A DNA stretch of 64,000 nt from Candidatus Woesearchaeota archaeon (GTDB lineage Archaea; Nanobdellota; Nanobdellia; Woesearchaeales; SM23-78), in the NCBI GenBank assembly GCA_016932315.1, contig JAFGDD010000008.1, positions 8,588 to 72,587 on the forward strand, in the 5' to 3' direction. The notes under the pieces were generated by a model. It ran no database searches and was not told the origin of the DNA. It saw nothing but the letters and a program-made list of their open reading frames with translations. The translations under genes and the position numbers were made by a program. Shown here piece by piece: positions 39,382-49,289 of the stretch. How positions within the stretch are numbered: the stretch's first letter is position 1; the number at the start of each line of letters is the position of its first letter.

Positions 39382-40371
39382 ATGATTAGGACTTATCTTT
39401 GCATAAAGAATAAGCTTGTCAAGAATATTCCCCTTAAGAAGCTCAAGCAATACATTGGCAAGAAGAACGTCACAATATGGGCTGATTTGTTCCAAGCCAC
39501 ACCAGACGAATACAAGCAAATCCATGGCCTATTCAAATTCCACCCATTAACAATGGAGGACGTAAGAAAATCAATAGAGCTGCCTAAGGTTGAGGTTTTT
39601 GATAACTACATATTTGTAGTTTTACACAGCATAATCCAAAGCCAGCAGGATAAATACCCGAAAAAAAGAGAGATAGACTTTTTCTTGGGATGCAATTATC
39701 TTGTATCCGTACATATCCATGAATCTCTCGGGGTTGAGCATTTAGCGGAAAAACTGGAGAAAAACAATTCCGCCACTTCCCAAAAACCTGACTTCATGAT
39801 GTATGAAATTGTCGACTACTTTGTCGACCAATATTTCCCATTGCTGGAGATATGGGATGACAAGATAGAGGCGTTGGAAGCCAACATTATCTCCCAAAAA
39901 AACCTCCATAATACCTTAAAGGACATTATGTACATAAAAAGAGAGTTGCTCTACCTAAAAAAGAGCATTGCCCCTCAAAGAGATGTTATTAACAAGCTCG
40001 CTAGAAGAGACTTCCCTCTAATCCATCCTAGAACCAGCGTTTATTTCAGGGATGTTTATGACCACATCATGAGGGCTTATGCAGAGCTCGAGATCCAAAG
40101 GGACATCCTCAGCGGCAACTTTGAGGCTTATACTTCAGTACTCTCAAACAGGCTTGCTCTCATATCCAACAAGATGAACGAGGTAATGAAACGGCTCACA
40201 GTCATCGCAACCATCTTCATGCCCTTGACATTCCTCGCAGGGGTTTATGGTATGAACTTCCATTATTTCCCAGAAATCAGCTGGAGGTACGGCTACTACA
40301 TATTCTGGGTTTTATGCGTGATTATCGGGTTATTCATGTACTGGTTCTTCAGGAGAAGAAAGTGGGCTTAG
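39382..40371 (+). CDS. corA: Magnesium/cobalt transporter CorA
   Basis: FHPLTMED, YGMNF, two C-terminal TM helices. Confidence 0.93.
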   Translation: MIRTYLCIKNKLVKNIPLKKLKQYIGKKNVTIWADLFQATPDEYKQIHGLFKFHPLTMEDVRKSIELPKVEVFDNYIFVVLHSIIQSQQDKYPKKREIDFFLGCNYLVSVHIHESLGVEHLAEKLEKNNSATSQKPDFMMYEIVDYFVDQYFPLLEIWDDKIEALEANIISQKNLHNTLKDIMYIKRELLYLKKSIAPQRDVINKLARRDFPLIHPRTSVYFRDVYDHIMRAYAELEIQRDILSGNFEAYTSVLSNRLALISNKMNEVMKRLTVIATIFMPLTFLAGVYGMNFHYFPEISWRYGYYIFWVLCVIIGLFMYWFFRRRKWA

Positions 40372-40377
40372 GCCTGA

Positions 40378-40514
40378 ATAAAAAAATTCGCCGCCATGGC
40401 CAAGATGTGAGCGAGGCTGATAGGAAGCGAAGCTTGAAAGGCAGGGACAAATTTTCTTCAGATTTTAATAATCTAAAAATTTGCTGAGCGAACGGCCAAG
40501 GCGAATTTTTTATT
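40378..40514 (+). repeat. Structured intergenic element, family II, copy 3
   Basis: Arms AAAAAATTCGCC/GGCGAATTTTTT; interior TAGGAAGCGAAGCTT...ACAAATTTTCTTCA...CTAAAAATTTGCTGAGC shared with copy 1. Confidence 0.78.
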
Positions 40515-40524
40515 ATCAACAATT

Positions 40525-41211
40525 TTAATTTATCTTCTTCAAGAATCCCATCAGCGCATAAGCTTCTCGCTTGGTCATGAAAGACTTAGTTATCATGCGT
40601 TTCCACACCTTCTCCTGGGTTTCTTTTTTCTTCTGCAGGGTAAAATCCATCTTGTTCATTGCAATCTTGAGCAGCTTCATAATCTGCTCTTTTTCTTTTC
40701 TGCTGATAGGGGTATAGGGTCGCATCATTTCCTTAATTATCTTCTCTTTATGAATCTCATAGAGCAAAACAGCCAATGCATGGCTTATGTTCATTGACTT
40801 GTAGCTCTTGCTCGTAGGTATGGTTACCATGAAGTCGCACAGCTTAACTTCATTATTGCGCAAGCCCTCGCTCTCCCTTCCCAGTATTAGCGCTATCTTT
40901 CTCTTCTTGATACCCTTAAGCTTCTCTGCCAATTGAGCAGGAGTCATCGGGCTTCTCGGAATATTATAATCAGTTCCAAGCTTTGAAGTAGTGCCAATCA
41001 GGTAATCAAATTTTCCTAGTATGCTGAAGCCGTTAACCTTTGCCTTGTCAAGGATATAATTAGCATTTTTTGCTAATCTTCTTGATTCCTCATTAATCCT
41101 GCACTTCGGATGAACAAGAACCAAGTCTTTTAGTCCAAAATTTGCCATGACCCTTGCAACGCTGCCAACATTGCCAGAATGCTCAGCTTCAATAAGCACA
41201 ACAGTAATCAT
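40525..41211 (-). CDS. trmJ: TrmJ-family SPOUT RNA methyltransferase
   Basis: GNVGSVARVMANFG, GRESEGL, SMNISHA. Confidence 0.85.
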   Translation of the reverse strand: MITVVLIEAEHSGNVGSVARVMANFGLKDLVLVHPKCRINEESRRLAKNANYILDKAKVNGFSILGKFDYLIGTTSKLGTDYNIPRSPMTPAQLAEKLKGIKKRKIALILGRESEGLRNNEVKLCDFMVTIPTSKSYKSMNISHALAVLLYEIHKEKIIKEMMRPYTPISRKEKEQIMKLLKIAMNKMDFTLQKKKETQEKVWKRMITKSFMTKREAYALMGFLKKIN

Positions 41212-41273
41212 AAAATGAAAGAACTAGTGAGGTGTTTAAAAATTTAATTAAAAAATTAAAATCTCAAGAAAAA

Positions 41274-42458
41274 CTAGATTAATGTTTTCAGGTAATTAAC
41301 AGCATTGGTTATGATTGGAACGAATATTAGCAGTATGAAGATGAGCACTGTTAGCTTGTTAATGAAGAGCCATAGCTGCTTGGCAACTGCTTTGTTCTTG
41401 ATGAGCCTGTTGAAGAGCACTTGCAGTATTCTTGCTCCATCTGTTATGAAGATAGGCAGGAAGTTGATAAGCCCGATGTTGAAACCTATGAATGCCAGCC
41501 AGAAGAACAGTTCAATAAGCCAGGTTAGCAGTTGGAATATTATCTTGTTGGCCGGGCCAGGATTTTTCATGTCTGCTTTGTAGATGTTAATGCCGAACTG
41601 CCCTGCGCTAGTATTCTCAGGGTTTTCTCTTGCAGTTACTGGAATAATCCTGCCGTCAATGGTATGAAATGTATGCGTTGTGTTGGGAAGAATAACTCCT
41701 AAATTCTTGAAATCATCCGGCATGGTAATAGGAGTATCGTCTATCCTGGTTATGATGTCGCCATCCCTTATCCCGCTTAATTCTGCAGGCAAGCCAGGCA
41801 TTACTGTTAATTTCACTCCCTTGGTAAGCATGGCATCTGCTGCTGGCGCAAGCAAGAAGCTGAGTATCAGGAAGAATAATACACTGGTGATGATATTAGC
41901 ATTAGGCCCTGCTGCGAACACGCTGCACTGCACATGGTCCTTTTGCTTCTGCAATTTGTTCTCGTCAATCTCAACAAATGCTCCTGGTATCGGGCCGAAG
42001 AAGGCTATGCCTGTGGACTTAATCTTCTGCTTAAATGCTTTTGCAACAATGCCGTGGCTTCCTTCATGAATTATTATGATGAGCAAGAGGCTTATCCAGC
42101 CGATTATCAAAGGAAACTTGATGCCCATTCCAATAATAGGAGCTCCTGGAAGGACAGGCCCTACTCTAACAACAGTTGGCGCCTGGAACATGGTGATTAA
42201 TAATTGGATTACAAAATAAAAGACAGCCATTATTCCTATGTAGCCTAGAAAAATTCCTATGATGCCTATTATTTGGATAAGCTTTTCCTTGTTCCTAACA
42301 AACTTTTCTATGAACTTAACGCCTATCTGGGTTTTGTAAAGAGCTATAATCTTGGCTTGTATCTCAAACCTTTTCCTGTTGAAATAAACCAGCAGTATTA
42401 AGGCTAAATAGAATAATAAAACCCACTTGTACTCTGCTAAAAAACTCACAAAACTCAT
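41274..42458 (-). CDS. Site-2 protease (M50) with PDZ domain
   Basis: HEGSH, AAGPNAN, NFLPIFITDG. Confidence 0.9.
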   Translation of the reverse strand: MSFVSFLAEYKWVLLFYLALILLVYFNRKRFEIQAKIIALYKTQIGVKFIEKFVRNKEKLIQIIGIIGIFLGYIGIMAVFYFVIQLLITMFQAPTVVRVGPVLPGAPIIGMGIKFPLIIGWISLLLIIIIHEGSHGIVAKAFKQKIKSTGIAFFGPIPGAFVEIDENKLQKQKDHVQCSVFAAGPNANIITSVLFFLILSFLLAPAADAMLTKGVKLTVMPGLPAELSGIRDGDIITRIDDTPITMPDDFKNLGVILPNTTHTFHTIDGRIIPVTARENPENTSAGQFGINIYKADMKNPGPANKIIFQLLTWLIELFFWLAFIGFNIGLINFLPIFITDGARILQVLFNRLIKNKAVAKQLWLFINKLTVLIFILLIFVPIITNAVNYLKTLI

Positions 42459-42554
42459 AATAAAGAACTAATTGCATCATCCCTTTTTATTTGTTGCGGT
42501 TATTGATGATTAATTAAGCAAAACTTTTTATAAGAATCGTATTTCTCTTCTATC

Positions 42555-43184
42555 ATGAGTGATAATCTAGAGGAGATATTGGGAAAGATTCATTCGATTG
42601 ATGATATCTTGCCTGGAAGCTTGCCAGGATATTTATTTCCAAAACTCATTGTTTTAAATCACTTAATAATTGAGCCTTATAGCGACGCTTCTGTAGGAAA
42701 CATTTGCTATTACTTGCATTTCAACAATAAGTTCAGGCTGCCCAAGCGTAGTGATAAGTCAATCAACCTTTTATCAAAGGAATCAATTGAGGCGGCTTTT
42801 GAGCCTTACAAGGAGATGGATGAATTTTTTTTAGAGCCCGGCAAGAGCGTGATTGCGCAATCCTACGAAAAGGTAGGAGTTTCAGAATGGCTTCTTTGCA
42901 AGCTCGAGAACACTTCAGCGCTTGGAAGAGTCTTAATAAACCATGCATCTCACGGATTTATTCATCCTGGACATGGAATTAACAAGCCTTTCCAGGTAAT
43001 GATGGAGTTAACGAATTTGGGCGAAAAACCTGTTGAAATTCTTCCTGCTCGTCAAGAGAATGGTGTGGTGAAAGGGCCTGAGGCGTTCAGGCTTTATGTC
43101 GAAAAGCTGCCCTATGCTGCTAGGGAATATCAAAGCGTCAGTTCTGTAAATAAGTTAAAGATGGATTCTAAAGACGGAAGTTAA
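42555..43184 (+). CDS. dCTP deaminase-like protein (divergent)
   Basis: LEPG, E.V, SALGR, GFIHPG, MELTNLG. Confidence 0.65.
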   Translation: MSDNLEEILGKIHSIDDILPGSLPGYLFPKLIVLNHLIIEPYSDASVGNICYYLHFNNKFRLPKRSDKSINLLSKESIEAAFEPYKEMDEFFLEPGKSVIAQSYEKVGVSEWLLCKLENTSALGRVLINHASHGFIHPGHGINKPFQVMMELTNLGEKPVEILPARQENGVVKGPEAFRLYVEKLPYAAREYQSVSSVNKLKMDSKDGS

Positions 43185-43224
43185 AAAAATTAAGACTATG
43201 TTAGAACTTTAGTTTAATATTTAT

Positions 43225-43386
43225 TTACTTCTTCCTTACAGGCCTTAATATCTTGTAGTTGCATTTCCTGCACTTAACCTTGCCAGCCATTACTTTGAGA
43301 ACCGGCGCTTTTATCTTGGCCTTGCATCTCCTGCATACAAAGATGTTCTTGAAAAGCCTTCCTTCAGCTTCTGGGAATTTTACCAT
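43225..43386 (-). CDS. rpl40e: 50S ribosomal protein L40e
   Basis: Manual translation [61 protein letters not shown]. Confidence 0.85.
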   Translation of the reverse strand: MVKFPEAEGRLFKNIFVCRRCKAKIKAPVLKVMAGKVKCRKCNYKILRPVRKK

Positions 43387-43419
43387 TATGTATCACCATG
43401 AATCTTTCATTACAAAATT

Positions 43420-43821
43420 CTAGCCTGATTTAATCTGCTTCATTATTTTTTCATTCAGTATTGTCCAGTAAACCACTGTGGCATTCTCCGCGATATTGTC
43501 TTTCAGGTCTTCTGGTATTGCGAGGTCAAAGGTTTCATAAGTCTCTGAGTCCATTACATTGGCAACATCGCCGCTTATGTTTAATACCTGGGCGTTTCGT
43601 TTCTCAATCACCGGAACATCAAGCTCGTCGTGGCCAGGCACCACTATCTGCCTTTTCTTATTGTCAATCATGCCGACAGCCTCCAGCCTTACTTTTGAAT
43701 GACCGTGCTTGCCAGGCTTTGACGTCTGGATGCCTGAAACAGTGCATGCAACACCATCAATTATAACGTAGTTGCCAACCTGAAAGTTGACCGCTCCTTT
43801 CCTCTTAACCTCACCTGCCAT
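43420..43821 (-). CDS. eif5a: Translation factor aIF5A
   Basis: SKPGKHGHSK hypusine loop; GGTGA RBS. Confidence 0.95.
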   Translation of the reverse strand: MAGEVKRKGAVNFQVGNYVIIDGVACTVSGIQTSKPGKHGHSKVRLEAVGMIDNKKRQIVVPGHDELDVPVIEKRNAQVLNISGDVANVMDSETYETFDLAIPEDLKDNIAENATVVYWTILNEKIMKQIKSG

Positions 43822-43902
43822 ATTATCACCATTAAAAATTGTATTCCTTAAAGAGATAATAAACCCTTTAAAAATCTTGCGGAAAAGATTAAGAAGCATT
43901 AT

Positions 43903-44306
43903 AAAAGTCGCCGCAGCCTGCAGCAATGCTAAGTGCGATAACAAATTTTAATTTGTTGAGAACTTGGCTTGTGGCTGCAGGGGCAGGGGCTGCCCCACAG
44001 GCTTTCGTCTCAAAGCCTGGGGATTGCAAAACTTTGTTTTGCAATATCAAAAACCAAATGTTTTTGCTTAAAGTTGTGCTACACTCGCCTTGAACATGCT
44101 CGGTAGCACTCAACGCATGGAATGGGACACCAAATCCAATGGTTTTGGGGCTCAAAATTCCATCAGGGAATTTTGTTGCTTCCGAAGGAATGCCCCATAA
44201 TAATCCTTTTACCAGATTTCATCCAAACTTGTTTTGGATGAACCAGCAAATCGAAGATTTGCTTGTTTTGTATGAAAATCTGTCGGGGGTGCCGAAGGCG
44301 ACTTTT
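43903..44306 (+). repeat. Structured intergenic element, family I, copy E (expanded, about 400 bp)
   Basis: Arms AAAAGTCGCC-GC/AA-GGCGACTTTT; GCAGCCT...GGGGCTGC core; many nested hairpins. Confidence 0.7.
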
Positions 44307-44332
44307 CAAAAAAAGGCATAAGATATTAATCT

Positions 44333-45103
44333 TTATTGCTGGCTCTGAGCTAATATGAGAGACCAGTTCTGCCTTTTCTTCTTTTGCAGCTTTTTTTTCA
44401 GGAAAACTTGCTCCATAAGCCCTTCTCTTAGCACTGCGCCGAACATCCTCCTGAAAAAGAGGTGTGGAGGCATCGGGTGAGTGACGAGCTTTATCTTGTT
44501 GCGCTTCACAGCTTCAATAACAGCGTCCTTGGTCTTTGCGCTGTCTATCATGGTGTAGGTTGTTCCGAGCTCGTATAATTTGTGGGAATCAGAAGTGCCT
44601 ATTAATGGCTTGTGATATTTCTCAGCTATTAGTCTTGCCTTGGGGTTTCCTGCTATGAATTTGAATAATGGGTTTAGCATAACTTTTGTGTAGAAGTGGC
44701 TGAATTCTATTGCATGAAAACTGTTGATGTGCTGCTCTAGCTTGTTCTCAAGGCAGTGGCCTGTCAGGAAGAAGGGGTGCGGGGCTATTATAAGGGCAGA
44801 ATCCTTTATCTTGTCAAGATCATTGAGTTTTTTCAATTTTCTCAATTCTTCATTAGTAGTGTTTAATATTAATACGTCCTTGTGCTCAATGAAAGGCTCT
44901 GCGCCAGGTATTAGGAGTATGCCTTTTTTTCTTGCGTAGCTCTTTATTTCCTGGTTAAAGAATACTCTTCTGTGATGCGTTATTGAGAGTACCTGGAATT
45001 TCTGCTTTGCAGCAGCCCTTATCAGGTCTTTTGCAGAGTACTTCACGAGCCAGAAATCAAACGGGTCTTCGTGAGTGTGTAGGTGCAAATCTGCCTTGAG
45101 CAT
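44333..45103 (-). CDS. PHP-domain phosphoesterase
   Basis: DLHLHT, ITHH, APHP, TSDSH. Confidence 0.88.
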   Translation of the reverse strand: MLKADLHLHTHEDPFDFWLVKYSAKDLIRAAAKQKFQVLSITHHRRVFFNQEIKSYARKKGILLIPGAEPFIEHKDVLILNTTNEELRKLKKLNDLDKIKDSALIIAPHPFFLTGHCLENKLEQHINSFHAIEFSHFYTKVMLNPLFKFIAGNPKARLIAEKYHKPLIGTSDSHKLYELGTTYTMIDSAKTKDAVIEAVKRNKIKLVTHPMPPHLFFRRMFGAVLREGLMEQVFLKKKLQKKKRQNWSLILAQSQQ

Positions 45104-45131
45104 GTATCATATCACCCTAATTGATTCGTAT

Positions 45132-46238
45132 CTAATCAAGCAATTCCTGCTTCTTTATCTTTTCTGGCAAGTACCTTTCAGAAATAAAGCTTATGCCTTT
45201 TGATGACAATGCCTGGATTTCTACTTTTGCTCCGAAGTCTTTCATCATCTTGAACTGGCGCTGCCATTCCTTGTGCTTGACAAACCATTCATAGTTCTGC
45301 ATCTGCTTAAGTCGTGATATGTCTTTGTCTGTTAATTTGATGAAGTGCCTTTTCAAATCATAATTTATTACATCGTCGCATGTTATTCCCAGGAACTTAA
45401 CTTGAGGTATTGCCATCTCATCTGCCATGTGAGCTAGACTAATACTGCCGAACTTGAGGACAGAGTAAATGTACCACCCCCACGGGTCGTTGTCTGCCAG
45501 CACGTAAATCGGCAGCTTGTGCTCTGAGCTTAATCTCTGCAAAAGCCTCCTTATGCCTCTTGTGGTTTGTCCTTGTGATGACATGATTATGCAGTTCTGC
45601 TTCTCCCAGAATTTATCCTCGTGAAGACGCTCCCATACTGCTGCTTTTTCCATGTAGATGACGTACTTCGCATCTACTTTCTTGAACTTTATGTTCTCCA
45701 CATTACTTGGTATTGACCATCCTCCGCTTCCTAGCTTTGACCAGTCTATTGTGTCTCCAGAGTCTTCAACAACTACCTTGCCTGCTACGCTTCCCATCTT
45801 GTTGGCGTTGACATTAAGGTTTTCTCTTGAGTAGCCGGTTATTAGCTCTAAGTCCTCGATTGCTTTGTCAGATTCTGTCTGCTCATCCACAACATTGATT
45901 TTGGTGTTAGGAATAGTTCTTTTTGCCATGTAAAAGACGTCTCTCAGGCTTGCGTGCTTGTTAACGTCGAGGAGTGCCTTTGTTATTGATGCAATCTCTA
46001 TGGTTTGCAGGAATTTTTTTGAGTGAGCAACATTGAAGAAGAACCTTTGAGCTGTCTTGTCGCCCAGAGCCAGGGTTTTGGACTGCTTGTCATAGACTAC
46101 GTTGCTTAAGCCTCTGACTGATAATTCTATGTGAGGATTCTTGCCTTTCTTTATGTCATCAATGACGCTGTAGCCTAGCTTGATTAGTTCTTTTTTTGCG
46201 TCTGCATTAGCTGCTGCTTCTTTTTTTGCTTCAGGCAT
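45132..46238 (-). CDS. top6A: DNA topoisomerase VI subunit A
   Basis: RDVFY catalytic Tyr, MEK, DNDPWG TOPRIM. Confidence 0.93.
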   Translation of the reverse strand: MPEAKKEAAANADAKKELIKLGYSVIDDIKKGKNPHIELSVRGLSNVVYDKQSKTLALGDKTAQRFFFNVAHSKKFLQTIEIASITKALLDVNKHASLRDVFYMAKRTIPNTKINVVDEQTESDKAIEDLELITGYSRENLNVNANKMGSVAGKVVVEDSGDTIDWSKLGSGGWSIPSNVENIKFKKVDAKYVIYMEKAAVWERLHEDKFWEKQNCIIMSSQGQTTRGIRRLLQRLSSEHKLPIYVLADNDPWGWYIYSVLKFGSISLAHMADEMAIPQVKFLGITCDDVINYDLKRHFIKLTDKDISRLKQMQNYEWFVKHKEWQRQFKMMKDFGAKVEIQALSSKGISFISERYLPEKIKKQELLD

Positions 46239-46240
46239 TT

Positions 46241-47881
46241 TCAGTCTTTCTCTCCATTACCATTCCCATTGTTACCATTATCATCTGCTTTTTCATCATC
46301 AGCTTCTCCTTTGAGTGATTCCATCTCCATTATTTCTTCCTGGATTTCTTTCTTCTTTATCATCTCATTAAGATGCTTTACAATCTTGTCCTTGCTTTCT
46401 CCTGTTAATCTTGCAAGAGCATCAGCAACTTCTGGAATATACCTCTCAAAAAGATTTGCTCTTTCTAATTGGTTCTTTACTCTGTGCTTCTTGTGAACAT
46501 AAGTCTGAAGCCTTCTTCCTGCTTCCTGCAATGCAAGCCTTATCTCGTCTATAATCTCAGGGTAGTGAGCTATTGCTTCTTTGCTTTCACTGGTGAAAGG
46601 AACCCACACGCTTGCTATATGCACTGCAATGGTTACTGGCCCTGTTGGCAGTGCTCCGTTGCTCTGCTGCAACCCATAAGGCTTCCAATTTGTTTGAGTT
46701 ACGCTCTTGTAAATGCTGCAAGCTCCTTGCTGGTAGAGCAATGGGACCCTGTTGGCGAATCGTAATAAGTTAATTGAGCCGTCTGCCTGTTGGTTTCCTC
46801 CATAAGCAATTGCTACTTCTACCTGGAACGGGTTGCCTCTGTAAACTGTCGGGCTCCTGCTGACTGCGCAGTAGAATTCTGCGTTAACCTCTTTTCTTAA
46901 TCCTTTCTCAAATAATTCCTCGCCTATCGGGCTTATGCAGTCTGTTGGCGGGCTTATTATTTTTGTCTCCTTGATTGCATTGATGAGCTTTTCAGCATCG
47001 TCTCTTGAAACCTTTTTTGGAGCTGTATTAGGAGGCACCAATGCTTTTTCGCAGATTTCCTTTGCAGTGCCAGGCCCGACTCTTGAGAACTCATTAGTAA
47101 GAAAGGCTTGCAATGTGCGGAACTCTGTGTTACTCATCATCTTCAAAAGAATTCCGAGCTCTACCCCGTATGGGTGAGGCTTTATCTCTTTTGGCTGCTT
47201 AGGCATTTGCTCGCTTGCTCTTGGAAATATTATCTGCTCTGCCTTAGGATTAACATAAGTGATTGTGACGTGAGGATTAATGATTGCAGTCTCTTTCAAG
47301 TATTCGTCAACGCTTTGAAGGCCTTTGAGATAGCTTCCTTCAATGTCAAGCTCTACCCTTGTTCCGTGAGGCTTATCCCATTCCTTGGCTTCATCTCCTA
47401 ATATTAATGGCTTGTTAGTGATTGTGTCTATTTTTAGCTCATAATAATTAGCAGGCTTGTTAGGAGCAATCTTGCTAAGGATTCTTGCAGGCCTGCCTGT
47501 TGTTAATTGGGCGTACATCACGCTTGCGCTTATTCCTATTCCTTGCTGCCCTCTGCCCTGCTTTAATCTGTGGAACTTGCTGCCGTAGAGAAGCTTTGCA
47601 AAGACTTTTGGTATTTGTTCCTTTACAATGCCTGGCCCATTATCCTCGACAACGACGCGAAAGCGCTCATTGCCCATGTCTATTAGTTCTACAAGTACTT
47701 CCGGCACTATTTCTGCTTCTTCGCAAGCATCTAATGAGTTGTCAACAGCTTCTTTTACTGCTGTTAGCAAGGCTTTTCTCTTATTATCAAAGCCTAGTAA
47801 GTGCCTGTTTTTCTCAAAGAATTCTGCAACAGAGATTTCTCTCTGCTTCTTTGCTAATTCCTCAGCCTTAGTAGTAGCCAT
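46241..47881 (-). CDS. top6B: DNA topoisomerase VI subunit B
   Basis: EAVDNSLDA, EDNGPGI, RGQQGIG, RFANRVPL. Confidence 0.96.
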   Translation of the reverse strand: MATTKAEELAKKQREISVAEFFEKNRHLLGFDNKRKALLTAVKEAVDNSLDACEEAEIVPEVLVELIDMGNERFRVVVEDNGPGIVKEQIPKVFAKLLYGSKFHRLKQGRGQQGIGISASVMYAQLTTGRPARILSKIAPNKPANYYELKIDTITNKPLILGDEAKEWDKPHGTRVELDIEGSYLKGLQSVDEYLKETAIINPHVTITYVNPKAEQIIFPRASEQMPKQPKEIKPHPYGVELGILLKMMSNTEFRTLQAFLTNEFSRVGPGTAKEICEKALVPPNTAPKKVSRDDAEKLINAIKETKIISPPTDCISPIGEELFEKGLRKEVNAEFYCAVSRSPTVYRGNPFQVEVAIAYGGNQQADGSINLLRFANRVPLLYQQGACSIYKSVTQTNWKPYGLQQSNGALPTGPVTIAVHIASVWVPFTSESKEAIAHYPEIIDEIRLALQEAGRRLQTYVHKKHRVKNQLERANLFERYIPEVADALARLTGESKDKIVKHLNEMIKKKEIQEEIMEMESLKGEADDEKADDNGNNGNGNGEKD

Positions 47882-48074
47882 TGCTTAATTCCTTAATTCT
47901 TAAGTCTATCTTGTTAACAGTAAGAAAAAAGGACATAAGTTATTTATAAGGTTTGTGGAAAGAAGACAAAAAGGTTACAAAGATAGAAAGTTTTCTTGAA
48001 ATAAATAAGTTCTTCCGGATTTTTATAATAGCATTATTTAAACCAGTTGCTTGAATGATAAGCCCTGTTTCACA

Positions 48075-48386
48075 ATGAACGGGCTTGAAAAGATTAAAAA
48101 ATTCCTTGAAGAAATTAAGGACGAAGACGTCATATTCAAATTGCATTTTTATGAAAGGACAGCTGACAGGCCGATATCAGAAGAACTGGTAAGAAGAAGC
48201 ATTAAAAACACAACTAACTTACTCAAAGCAGAAGAGCAGCCTGCGAGAAGGTTTGAAGAGAACAAGTACAAGCTGTGGATAAAGCTAAGCAACAAATACT
48301 GCCTGGTTTTGGTAATCGTAATAAAGGGAAAAACTTTATATATCATAACAGGCTGGAATAGTGATACAAAATGGCTAAAAAAATAA
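48075..48386 (+). CDS. DUF4258-like putative toxin
   Basis: HFYER...YIITGW; overlaps the DUF2283 gene. Confidence 0.65.
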   Translation: MNGLEKIKKFLEEIKDEDVIFKLHFYERTADRPISEELVRRSIKNTTNLLKAEEQPARRFEENKYKLWIKLSNKYCLVLVIVIKGKTLYIITGWNSDTKWLKK

Positions 48387-48715
48387 TATATGACAGCGAG
48401 GAAGACATATTATCCCTGACAAAAGGGGTAAAGGTGAAGTCATCCATGGACATAGGGGACTTTGTGATAGACATAGACCATGAAGGATTCATTTCCGGAA
48501 TAGAAATACTCAACGCTTCCCAGAATCTCGGCATTGAGGAAGAACAGCTGAAAACAATAGAAGAAGCGAGCATGAACATAACCTACAAGCCAGGGCATGT
48601 ATTGATATCGCTCTTATTAAAATCAAAAAGAAAAGAAAAAGAAATAGCCATACCATTAACAGTTGATTTAGGGCGCACTGCAAAAACAGAAAAGACCAGA
48701 TTTGCGATAGCCTAG
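48371..48715 (+). CDS. DUF2283 putative antitoxin
   Basis: YDSEEDILSL, IDID..G.ISGIEILNAS. Confidence 0.8.
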   Translation: MAKKIIYDSEEDILSLTKGVKVKSSMDIGDFVIDIDHEGFISGIEILNASQNLGIEEEQLKTIEEASMNITYKPGHVLISLLLKSKRKEKEIAIPLTVDLGRTAKTEKTRFAIA

Positions 48716-48866
48716 CAATTAATCTTGCGAACAGCCATAGAAGCTTTTATGAATTTCTCTATCTCATTAATCAATTCAGGGTCCTCGCTTAATTCAGTCT
48801 TCTTAGCCATGATGTTATGGGAGGAAGAGCGATTATATAAATTTTATTAAGAAGAGAAAGGAAGGA

Positions 48867-49289
48867 TTACGGATAAAATTCTTTCAGGTTCTCCTTTATT
48901 ATGCTGTTCTTCATTTCAAGAGTTTTCCTGATTATGATTTTTCCTTGCTTTAACCCTATTTTTGTGCCGTAGTAATTGATGTTGTTCCTGATGAACCTTA
49001 ATCTGTCAAACAAATCATATTTTGCTCTTCCAAGAGCATCCTTTAGCAGGAGCCCAAGGCAGACGTGCGAGGTCACTTTGTAGCCTTTTGATATGCACAA
49101 TGCTTCCAAAGCTTCCCTTAAAGAGTCATAGGCTAGTGAAGCATAGACTGATATGTTTTCAGTGTCAAGGACTATTTTCCTTATTGCTTTTTCTTTTAGA
49201 TCGGACATCTCTATCAAGGATTTGATTAGATTAGAATCTATTCTTGTCTTCTTGATTAATCCTTTTTCAAAGCACTCATCGATGTCCAT
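48867..49289 (-). CDS. HEPN-domain protein
   Basis: AYDSL..ALEA...KGY...H; RNNINY; coupled to MNT gene. Confidence 0.75.
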   Translation of the reverse strand: MDIDECFEKGLIKKTRIDSNLIKSLIEMSDLKEKAIRKIVLDTENISVYASLAYDSLREALEALCISKGYKVTSHVCLGLLLKDALGRAKYDLFDRLRFIRNNINYYGTKIGLKQGKIIIRKTLEMKNSIIKENLKEFYP

